A stretch of 64,000 bases of DNA from Balamuthia mandrillaris (lineage: Eukaryota), in the NCBI GenBank assembly GCA_031835245.2, contig JAVKOQ020000065.1, positions 62,001 through 126,000 on the forward strand, given 5' to 3'. Under the pieces are notes generated by a model that had not been told where the DNA came from, did not search any database, and saw nothing but the letters and a program-made list of their open reading frames with translations. The position numbers were made by a program, and so were the translations under genes. Shown here piece after piece: positions 12,592 through 24,749 of the stretch; position 1 is the first letter of the stretch, and each line of letters opens with the position of its first letter.

Positions 12592-15500
12592 GTTCCTTTC
12601 CTCGTTAACTTTTTTTTCGTTCTTCCCTAATTACTATAAAGGCTCGAGAGGAAGAACGGAAGCGAGCCGAGAAGCTTTCTGAGCTAGATCAAGCTAAAAC
12701 CACGTTTTTCAGCAATGTGAGTCATGAGTTTCGTACTCCGCTCACGCTGATGATGGCACCACTCGAGGACATTATCAACGATCCAAAACTTTCGGCCTCT
12801 CATCGGGACTCCTTGCGAATGGTCTTTCGAAACGGTCAACGCCTTGTAAAGCTTGTAAATACATTGTTGGACTTCAGTCGCATCGAAGCTGGCAGGTTTG
12901 TTGATATCTTTGCATTATTTTTTTGTTCTTTTGATCTTTCTTAAACGTGATCTCTCACCAACGTGTGTTTAGACTAAAAGCGCGGTATGAACCAGTTGAC
13001 TTATATCAGTTTACAGCGGAGTTAGTAAGCGAGTTCGAGTCAGCAGCAGAACGACTGGGCTTAGACCTCATCGTGAAATGTAACAATTGGGATAATCAAT
13101 CCACCGGATCTGACCAACAACAGCAACAACAAGAACAAAAACCCGATCAAAAAGAACAACAAAAGTCTGAACAACCAACCCCAGACCTCACAAAGACAGA
13201 CACACCTCCAACAAAGGCAACAGATCAAAAGAAGGTAATCGTGATCAACAGTAACAATCATCACAGCAGCCATCACAGCAAGAAACCTGAGCACGAACAA
13301 ATGTACGTGGACAAAGACATGTGGGAGAAGATTGTCCTCAACCTCGTTTCCAACGCGCTCAAGTTCACATGGCGAGGCAGCGTGACTGTCACCTTGAATC
13401 GAGTAGAAGGCGGAGTGGAGTTGACTGTACAAGATACAGGAGTGGGTATTGCTGAGGAACACCTCTGTCAACTCTTTCAGCGCTTCTATCGAGTGCAGAA
13501 CAGCCAAGCAAGGAGTCATGAAGGAACGGGGATTGGTTTGGCGCTCATCCAGGAATTGGTTAACTTGCATGGAGGAAGCATAGAAGTGGAGAGTGAAGAG
13601 AATGTAGGGACACGGTTCACTGTCTTTATTCCTTCTGGATATCGGCACTTGCCACGAGATCAAGTTGTCAAGATCAAACGACAGAAGGATACTTCTGCTG
13701 CTGCCGTAGCCGCCGCTTCCGCCGCTGCGGCCGCCGCGTTTGATCCTTCCACCTCTTCATCCACGTTTACTTTGACGCCTTCGTATTCTCCCGATAATAA
13801 TGGCAACACTCCTACAAGTTCTGCTACTACTACCACAATTAAGAGCGAGGGAGGAGGGTCAGAAAATGGAGAGAAGAACAAGAAATCGCTTGTTGCATCT
13901 GTGAGAGACGAGTTTGCTGGACGAAGAGCAACTTACGTAGAAGAACTTGTGGTAGGATGCAACATCACAGAACAGTACACAAGCGAAACCCTCAACTGGC
14001 CGGATGGTTCTCCCCCGGAAGAAAGCTGCCCTGCTTCAGCTTCTACTGCAGTTGCAACAACATCAACAACGGACATGATTAAAGATTCCCGTCAAAGAGA
14101 GTTGTGCGGAACAGGAAATCAGGATGACGAGCCCAATGACGTTGATAGCCCGTCGTTGGAAGGAAAAGAACCCGAACAATCGGACCTGAAAAAGCCGTTA
14201 GTTCTCCTCGCTGATGACAATGCCGACATGCGACGTTACGTCACCTCTCTACTTAGCCCCTTCTTCCGCGTGAAAGCGGTCATCAACGGACAGAAAGCTA
14301 TCGAAGAGATACGCAGACAACCCCCTGATTTAGTGTTGAGCGATGTGATGATGCCCGTCAAAGATGGTTTCAGCTTGTTGCGAGACCTGCGCAGAGACAA
14401 ACGAACCAGCAGCATTCCTTTCATTCTTCTCTCAGCGAGAGCAGGCTCGGAGGCATCCGTGGAAGGACTGGAAGCTGGAGCGGATGACTATCTTGTCAAA
14501 CCTTTTGACTCGCGAGAGCTGATCGCCAAAGTACGAGCAATGGTGAAGTTAAGGTCGATGCGGAAAGAGATGCACGCTCGCGAGAAGGAGGAGATGCAGC
14601 ACAAGCGATTGGTTCTGGACGTGGCAGAGAAGATTCGTTGCGGATTGATGAACATGCAGGAAGTGTTGGACACGACGGTGGAGGAGGTAATGAAGGTGTT
14701 GCGCGCAGACAGCGTGCGGGTGTGTCGCTTTGAGGAAGTGGCGAGAAAGAGCAGCATTACCAGCAGCAGCGCTGGCAGTCTTAGCGCCGATGGAGCCGAT
14801 GCAGATGACAACGATGACTATGGTGAATCGTCGGATAGCGATTATTCTTCGGATGACGGATACTACGCCTACAATTTATCAGATTCCGAGCGTGAACAAA
14901 GAGGCGGGGGACGAAGAAGAGGAAGCGAAAGAAGAGAGGGAAGAAGAAGAGGAAGCCCATCTGGTAACTCTACCTCTTCTGGGACTGCTGCATCTTGCTC
15001 CTCTTCTTTTGCTGGTGGCGGAGAGCTCGAACTCAGGCTAAGGCATATACATCGACGCTCGCAAGAACGCAGACAGCGGCAACAAAAAAAACGAAGACGA
15101 CGACAACGACAAAGAAAACGCAGTTTGTCAAACGAACCAGCAAGCCTCATTGAGCAGGCAGCAACTACCGAAGAACGTTCTCTCTCCAACAACAATAATA
15201 ACAATAACAACAAGGTGCAGGAACAAAGAGCTCGGTTGTTTGTCGAGGGGAGACGGAAGTCTATGTCCTCGAATTCCAGAGCGGGAATGAAGGCGAGGAA
15301 GAGGACGCAGAGGAATACTGCTGATGAATATAACTTTGGTTGGTACATAAGCGAAGATGATCGTTCAGGGTTTAGATCACGGCAACCAAATACCATTGAC
15401 GAAGATGAAGACGACGATGAAGACATTGGACTTCATTCACAATGCGACATCCAACGAATGTGCACTATACCAGCAGAATGCGTTAGGGTATCGCAACAAG

Positions 15501-18500
15501 AAGAAGATTACTTCGATCAACGATTACTGGGCTTAAAGTTCCCCATCGACTGCGATCCGCACGACGATGATGCCTGGAATGTTCGTTCCAACCATGATCG
15601 CCCTCAGATGGAATGGTTGGAGGAGTTGGAGGAGATGTTGCCAGAAGAGTTGCAAGAGGAGAATAGCATTACTGCCATGATACTAGTGCAAGACAAGGTA
15701 TGGGGCTTGCTACAATGTGTGCGATGGAGGAACACTGGAGACAGTTCTCCCGAGCTACGATCAGCCTCAACGACTTCATCAGAAAATACTTTTGTGGATA
15801 CAGAAGAAGAAAGAGAAGAGGGAGAAAATAGAGAAGCAGGGGAAGAAGACGCAGTATCTTTCATTGATTCTGTTGGTTGGACGACAAAAGGAAGGCGTGG
15901 CCCAACAAGTTGGGAAAGAAGGGAGCAACAACGAAGAAGAAGAAGAAGAAGAAAAACACGAAGAAGGGGATCATGGACGGAAACAGATCAGGCTTTGTTG
16001 ATGCAGATCGCGGTGCAGGTGAGTTTGGGATTGAGCCAAGCTCGTCTCGCGGAGGAAAGATTGCAACAACAGTTGAAATTGGACGCTGCTCATGCAGCCA
16101 ATAAAGCCAAGAGCATGATCATGGCCAATACTAGCCATGAGATCCGAACTCCGCTCAATGCCATCATCGGCATGATGGAAATGCTGCAAGATACGCCGCT
16201 GAATGCTGAGCAAGCGGAAATGGTGCAAACTTTACAGCACTCTAGGTTCGTTCTTCTTGTTCATCTTTCTTGTCGTTTCTTTCTTTTCTTTCTCTGTTCA
16301 AATTCTTACTCAAAAAAAAAATTATAGTGAATTGCTATTGGAGATCGTGAACGACATTTTAGACTTTTCCAAAATGGAAGCCGAGAACGTGGTCTTCCAC
16401 TACGCCGACTTTGAGGTGCGCTCCTTGATAGAGCGAACGATGGACATGTTCGCAGAACTCGCAGGCAGCAAGAACATTGAACTTGTTAATATGACCGACT
16501 TAGAACCTGACTCCTCTTGCTCCTCTTCTGCCTCATCTCCATCATCCTCCACTGTCACAACAACTACAACAACAGTACAACACGGGCGATGGGTTCGAAG
16601 CGATCCTTCTCGGTTGCAGCAAGTGTTGGTCAACCTCATCAATAACGCCATCAAGTTCACAGATAGAGGCGGTGAGGTCATGGTTCGAGTCAGTTGCTCT
16701 CAAGTCGCACCATTATCATCGACTTCGTCTACACCAAGATCAACAAATGAATTGGAAAGAGGAGTCGAAGAAGAGCAAAAAGAACCCTTCAACATCGAAG
16801 GAGAGAAAGAAGATGAGAAACCGATAGAGATCGTATGCAACAATTCCACCACCTACAACAACAAAAAACAAAAACAACCAAAATACGACACTGTTTTGAA
16901 AGTAGAAGTGGTGGACACCGGCATCGGTATCAGTCAAGAGGGAGTTGAGAAGATATTCCGCTCGTTTAGTCAAGTAGATGGCTCCATGACCAGAAAATAC
17001 GGTGGTACTGGACTCGGCCTAGCCATCTGCAAGCACCTGGTGGAGATTGCGGGTGGCGACATCGGAGTGGAAACTAAACCGGGAGAGGGCTCCACATTCT
17101 GGTTCACTTGGCACTGTCGGTCCAGCCCTGCGGAGGATATTGCTGCGGCGTGCATGGTGGCTGCGGATGGTGGTTCTGCATCTGGTTCTAGTTCCTCTGG
17201 TTCTGTTTCTCCTTCCCGATCCTCGAGCTCTGGCTCTGGCTCCGGCTCCGGCTCTCTTATAATTCGTTCTCCTCCAACAGAACCTTTACCGTTGTCATCT
17301 TCTTATGATTCTTCGAAACGTCATCACACTCGTCACGCGTTTTTGACGACGGCAACGACTAACACACAACAACAAGGACTGGCCTTGCCTAGCGCGTTTA
17401 TGTTGGCAAGTCAGAGAGTACTTGTTGTGGAATCCAATCAACATAGCCTCGATTCCATTCTTCTTCACCTACAAAGTGTTGTTGGTATGTTTTTCTTCTC
17501 TTGCTCTCTCTCTCTCTCTCTCTCTCTCTATGTGCCTCTTTCTCTTTGTCCTACCTTTCTTTGTTGTTAATCGTTAAATGTTATTTTACATGTACAGAGT
17601 GTGAAGGAACGAAAAGCATGGAACAAGGCTTAAAAATGTTCAACCAGGGCTTGCTTGAACGACGTCCCTTCAGCATTGTTGTGCTGGACACAGCCTCTCC
17701 CAACCTAGAAGCCGCCATTCAGACCAGCCGAGCCATGCACCAACAGCAAGGATGGTTGCGGGTGGTGTTGCTAAGTGCATCTAATCAGATGCATCGCGGA
17801 CTCGCTCGTCAAGGAATGAGTCGTTTGGGCGATAAGGTGTGCAGCGGGTATGTCACGAAGCCTGTGAAGAAGAACAAGCTGGTCAAGTGCATACGAACGG
17901 CAATCGCTCAGTCCTTTGCGGCTTGGTCTTCTTGGTCTGAAGACGATCATAATTATGAGAAAGAAAAAACAAAAGAGAAAGATGGAAAAAAGACGGCGAA
18001 ACGAAAAGGAAGCGAGAAAGGAGAAACGAAGCAACCACATAAAGATGGAATGCCGTCGAGAGAAAAACAACGAAGGCCTGAAAAGAAAAAGAAAGAAAAG
18101 AAGAAGGAGCAGGAGAAAACGAGGAAGCGGAAAAAAACTGACCCCAATATAACATCAACACAACCCAACCCGAAAGAGAAATATCCGGATAAACCTCAAA
18201 CTGCAACTCCTCTCACTAACCTTACAACGACAGCCCCACCTCAAAAAGCCGATGGCACCCAAGAATGCAATCAACACCGAACCAACAATCCTGCCTCATC
18301 ACTCCCTCTAGATAACGAAACGAAGAGATCCGACCTCCGAATTTTGGTAGTCGAAGATAACATCATCAACACCAAGGTGGTTTTGGCTCAGCTCCGGAAA
18401 TTGGGTCTCACAGCGGAGACAGCGTGCAACGGACAGGAGGCGGTCAACATGATCCGTGCGGCGGAGACAGGACATTTCGCTTTGGTGCTGATGGACATTG

Positions 18501-18769
18501 CGATGCCCGTCATGGACGGCTTTCAGGCCACTCGTTGCATCCGAGACATGAGCCAGGAAGGAAACGGACAAGGTGTTGAGGCGGAAGAACGCGAGAGAAG
18601 ACGGACGTACTTCATGAACATCCCGATTGTGGCGTTGACGGCTGGTGGAGTGGAGAACGACCGTGCTCGGTGCGAACAGGCTGGCATGACTGACTTTTTG
18701 TGTAAACCGTTGAAAGTGGTGCAGCTGAGAGCGACCCTGCAAAAGTGGTTGAACATGGAGCTGCCTTAA
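10849..18769 (+). CDS. Dual hybrid sensor histidine kinase: PAS/GAF-like, HisKA/HATPase, REC, GAF, HisKA/HATPase, degenerate REC, REC; multi-exon
   Basis: H-boxes SHEFRTPL and SHEIRTPL; N-boxes NLVSNALKFT and NLINNAIKFT; G-boxes DTGVGI/GTGIGL and DTGIGI/GTGLGL. Receivers ADDN..SDVMMP..KP and VEDN..MDIAMP..KP. N-terminal DWANTAVGPMEHWP sensor motif. Confidence 0.92.
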
Positions 18770-19117
18770 CCTGCTGCTCCTCTTCCTCCATCAATCCTTC
18801 TTCTTCTCTTGTACCATAAAACCGTTTTCGCTTCTCTCTTTTCAATTTAAATTTTAGTCAAAGAAAATGTAAAAAATTCAGTTCTTGGAAAAATTTTAAC
18901 AACGACAGCTAATAGGTTGGGAATACTCCAACACTATCACGAAGTATGACGTCATAGTCGACAAAATATACGAAAAAGTACGAAAAAAGGATTTCCGTTG
19001 CGGAAAACGGAAATTTATCGCAAATCGCAAAAATATATTTTATAAAGGTGAAAAAAAAATAAAAAGAACAGCACATCAGCTCATCCCACACACACCTTGC
19101 ATATATACACACACATC

Positions 19118-19648
19118 ATGCTAAAGTCTGCAGTCACCAACGGCCTTCGTCACAGCAGCAGGCTCCCTCGAGCTCACCCTACGCCAGCTGTCCGGCACAC
19201 GGCTACCTCTTTCCTCTCTTCTTCTTCCTCTCTTCTTCGTAATCGCCACTACCACGAGCGCGTCATCGATCACTACGAAAATCCTCGCAACGTCGGCTCC
19301 CTCCCCAAGGAGGACCCCAACGTGGGCACCGGCATCGTGGGCGCCCCTGCCTGCGGCGACGTCATGAAGCTCCAGATCAAGGTGGAGAACGGGAGGATCG
19401 TGGACGCGCGCTTCAAGACCTTTGGCTGCGGCTCCGCCATAGCCTCCTCCTCCCTGGTGACCGAGTGGATCAAGGGCAAGACCCTGGAGGAGGCCCAAGG
19501 CATCCGCAACACGGAGATTGCCAAGCACCTCAGCCTGCCCCCCGTGAAGCTTCACTGTAGCATGCTTGCGGAGGACGCCATCAAGGCCTCGCTCAAAGAC
19601 TACGAAGCCAAGAGACTGAAGATGCAGTCCGCTGGCCAGAAGGCTTAG
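19118..19648 (+). CDS. ISCU: Mitochondrial Fe-S cluster scaffold IscU/ISU1, intronless, with a presequence
   Basis: YHERVIDHYENPRNVG, GAPACGDVMKLQI, FKTFGCGSAIASSS and LPPVKLHCSMLAEDAI; Arg/Ser-rich N-terminus. Confidence 0.98.
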   Translation: MLKSAVTNGLRHSSRLPRAHPTPAVRHTATSFLSSSSSLLRNRHYHERVIDHYENPRNVGSLPKEDPNVGTGIVGAPACGDVMKLQIKVENGRIVDARFKTFGCGSAIASSSLVTEWIKGKTLEEAQGIRNTEIAKHLSLPPVKLHCSMLAEDAIKASLKDYEAKRLKMQSAGQKA

Positions 19649-19976
19649 GCTAAAAACAACAAAAAAAAAAAAAGAAAGAAAGAAAAATCAAACCAACCCG
19701 CCAACCTATCTTCGCTCACTCCCGTTTGCTTCCTCTTCCACTGTGCCTTTGCGGAAACAAAAAAGTGGAGCCACTCCCGTGAACGGATCGGTCCATCTTT
19801 TTTTTTTTTTTTTTTTTGCTCCCCCCTCTCCCCCTCATCGTACTTTGTCTTTTGTGCATAACAATCTCAATCCTTTAAATGGTATCTTTAACGCATTGGC
19901 TTTTTTTAAAAAGCTAGCGTGTGCTTCGCATACCTTTTTCACCCTGTCCACAAAAAAGATGAAAATACTAGGACAT

Positions 19977-20783
19977 GACTATCGGCATTATAATGCCGAT
20001 AGGTTTTTGTAGACAATAAAAATTGCGGAAAATATTGCGTTTATTGATCATTTGGTTGGTGGTACTCTTCGAAGCAGTTTTTGTCTTTCTTAATGCAGAG
20101 GGTAATGTTGCAATGTGTGAGCAGAAGAAGTGAGAGCGGGTGGGGTTCTTGCGTGCTGGATCTTTGCGGTAGCACACCACACAATTTTTGTGGTTTTCCA
20201 CTACACTGTGGCAAATGGGCGAAGTTTTTGCTAAGGCGATCTTCTGGTAGTTGGCAGTCAACATTTATTCGGGTGCGCTTTTTAGTTGGTGGTGTTAGTG
20301 TGAAGGTAGATGCATTAGGAAGTTGTGGTTGCTCGCCTGCAAAAAAGCTGGGATCATCCACCAAACAACAGATCAACTCTTCAATAGCACGTCGCATCTT
20401 GAAGCGATGTTCTGGTACTATCAAGTTCCAAATCCGAAACACACAAATAATAGCTTGGTCAATGACATAAAAGAACAAACCTGTGGTGGTTGTTGTAACT
20501 GCCGGCTTGCATGGTGACCCTTTCGTCCATAGGTTCGCTCGCTTGCCCCTCTGTCTCTACGGTACCAAATGCTAGGCATTCAAGTTCTTCCCAGTGGTCG
20601 CCGCTTGAGAAGAACGACATCGCCCGCGGTACTCCGTTCTTTCGCTCGTCTTGCCAACAATATTTTACAAAATTATTGCAATAAAATATTTGAATAACTG
20701 AGTAAATATTTATTGTTTTTTACGATAAATGCCAATAGGGCCTATCGGCATTATAGTGCCGATAGTCTGCAAAAGGATATTAA
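19977..20783 (-). mobile_element. Internally deleted, non-autonomous piggyBac-like DNA transposon remnant
   Basis: 27-bp inverted repeats at 19977-20003 and 20741-20767 with one mismatch; TTAA at 20780-20783. The minus strand encodes FFYVIDQAIICVFRIW and, across two frameshifts, HLP..CVVC..RSHFFCSHCNITLC..CFEEYH, the piggyBac C-terminal Cys-rich domain. Confidence 0.8.
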
Positions 20784-21109
20784 CGTTATAAACTACGCAC
20801 CGCGATAGTGTTCAAGCGAGCTCTACTGCCTTCACCGCTTTTGTTCTTCACTTCTCGTTGTTATTGTTGTTGTTGTTGTTGTTCGTTTGCTCTCCTTCAC
20901 TCACTCCCCCTTTTTTTTCCTCCCTCCACGAACGAGAACACGAAAGGACCAAACGCACTTCTCTGCTATGACGACCTCCTTAACTCCCTTGTCTGTTTCC
21001 TGTTTGTTTTGTTGTTTGTTTCTTTGCTGGTTTCACTGCTTGCCTCCTCTCTTTAGCTGCAAGCGAACGAAACCCAGCAAGGGAGAAACGAGGTCGAGCA
21101 CTGGAGGAG

Positions 21110-22427
21110 ATGATAACCAACGACGACCTCGCCCCTCTACTGCCAGACGAGATGCTCTGCGAGATCTATGCCTTCCTTCCTGCCGAGTGGGTGGCCATGG
21201 CCGCAAGGGTCTCTCCCAGCTGGTACCGCTGCTCTCCGCTGGCCCACAGGAACGCCATACACCTCCCTTCCATCTGCGCCTCCCCCGTGCTCTGACAGTG
21301 GGCCGAAGAGCAAGGTTGTCCTTGGGAGGCAACCTGTGTTGCTGCTCGTGCTGGCAACAAAGAACTTTTGCTCTGGTTGAGGGAGAACGGATGTGTTTGG
21401 GGCGTCGGCACGTTTGCTGCCACAGCAAGCACAGGCAACATGGGGATGCTGCAGTGGCTGCTCGAGGAGGGATGCCCTTGGGACAAAAGCACATGCCGAG
21501 AGGCGGCAGCAGGGGGCCATCTGGAGGCCCTGAAGTGGCTTCAATGGGCTCGCAGTGAAGGATGTCCTTGGAGCGCAAAGACGTGCAGCGCTGCCGCTAG
21601 GCATGGTCATCTCCACGTCTTGCAGTGGCTGAGAAAAGAAGGGTGCCGATGGGACGAGCGGACCATTCGCAACGCTGCGCTTGGCGGACACAAGACGCTG
21701 TTGAGGTGGGCTGATTTCAATGGCTGTCGGATGGCTCATCGCATTTGCAAAGCGGCAGCGGAGGGAGGGCACCTGGACATTCTCTGGTGGCTGAGGGCAA
21801 GCCACTTTTATTTCTTTCCCCTCTTTGGGAGCTACAGCTGCAGCACTCCGTGGCCAACGTTGGCTTTGTTGGTTCGCGTTTGTGAAACAGGTCAAAGACA
21901 AGGCCAACGTTGTGGCTGAAGCCTTGAACGTCCAAGTAGAAGCTGGAGGTATTGGTGAGGAGTTGATTTTAGAAGGGGCGGTGAAAGCAGGGCACCTGCA
22001 TGTTCTCCAAGAGTGGGAAATGCTGTCTGGTGCAGCTTCCCGTTGTATCCACCTTTGCAGAAGAGCAGCCGCAGGCGGACACCTGCAGGTCTTACAGTGG
22101 CTTCGAGAGAAGAAGAGTCCCTGGGATGAGGCCACCACTGCTGCTGCAGCCAAAGGAGGGCACCTTGAGGTGCTGAAATGGGCTTGGCAGAATGGCTGTC
22201 CCTGGGATGAAGGGCTGTTGCAGGCTGCCGCGAAGAACGACCACCTGGAGACGTTTGTATGGGTGCTTGAAGTGGGGTGTCTCCCAACCAAAAACATGAA
22301 CTTGAGTCTATCTGAAAATGGGAACAGAGTGAAGAAATGGCTCGAGCGCAACGGGTATACTATCTCAAATGCTGGACCTGGTGGTAGTGTTTGTTACTTC
22401 TGCCCATTCATAACACACATACAATAA
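21110..22427 (+). pseudogene. F-box plus GCPW-type ankyrin-repeat gene, disrupted
   Basis: Collinear with the intact paralogue at 37620-38933 (LPDE..C.IY.FLP..VA.AARVS.SW.RC). In-frame TGA at 21293-21295 where the paralogue has TTA (Leu), plus a frameshift near 21800-21850. Confidence 0.85.
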
Positions 22428-22479
22428 AAACAATGAGTTTCATATCGGCCCATCACACCCATTCATAACACATGCAATG

Positions 22480-22850
22480 TGGTTGTTCAGGAGTGGCAGC
22501 AGCTCTCCAAGTTCCAATCGTCAATCCCCCTTTGGTGAAGCCAGGTAAGGCCCTCCACATCCCCTGCTTTGGCTGCCTGCTTCAGGCGAGTCGATCTTCA
22601 AATGCCACACATAGAGTTCGATGTTTCCTGGCCTGAGCGACGGCGGTCACAGCACGTTCATGAACTTGACCTTGAGCCCATTGTCTGAGAGGAAATGATG
22701 AGTGAGAGGGAGAGCTGGTTCCGCGGGCACACACAGACCACCGGCGATTGACATTGGCAGCGAATGGTCATATGCATCGGGCAAGAACTCGTACACAGCA
22801 CAACAATAACAAAAGAATAGGAACCAACCCATGAAACTGTGAACTCGCAA
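22480..22850 (-). pseudogene. Degenerate F-box/ankyrin gene fragment
   Basis: The minus strand gives CAVYEFLP (F-box-like) and, after stops and frameshifts, AAKAGDVEGLTWLHQRGIDDWN (ankyrin AA..G.LE.L.WL...G..W pattern). Confidence 0.5.
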
Positions 22851-23030
22851 GGTTCTCGTACTTGTCAGACTCCAGAGACAGTCTTATTGCCAAGCATTTT
22901 TTTTCTTTGTTTTTTATATCAGGTGTGGTTCTGTTGCTTTGCAGCCAGTTCCAGTGATTTGATGTGACAATGCTATTTATTTACAGGCGAGTAACTAAAG
23001 AAGGAGGTCGCGTTTGTTGGTTGGGGTTTG

Positions 23031-24386
<1,356 letters not shown>

Positions 24387-24749
24387 TTATTTTTTTGACT
24401 TCTATGTTTTTTTTGAGCAGCAATATTGCTCTAGAGCTGCACAATTTATCAATCCACAGCACAAATGCAGCTGAAATATTGCTCAAACCCTTCTCCTTCT
24501 CTGCAGCGTAGGTGCGTAGTGCACACGTACTGCTCAAAAGCTGCAGCAGAACGTAGCTGACGTCATAAATCTACACAAAAGCAGCACATTTGCTCCACAT
24601 GAAAAAAGGCGGGAAAAAAATAATTGCAAAGAAAAAAAAGAGAGAGAAAAGAAAAGAAAACACGATTTCTTTGGCTTTCGATTCGAATCACGCACTGGAA
24701 GAGAGGGAGCCCTTTCACAGCACCCCCCAAAATAAAATAATATAAGATA

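Noticed and set aside
19118..19648. Intronless GC-rich ISCU as a bacterial transfer
   Set aside because: It has a mitochondrial presequence and a typical eukaryotic ISU sequence; the high GC3 fits strong expression.
21293..21295. In-frame TGA as selenocysteine or programmed readthrough
   Set aside because: The paralogue has Leu (TTA) here rather than Cys, and a later frameshift also breaks the gene, so a nonsense mutation is simpler.
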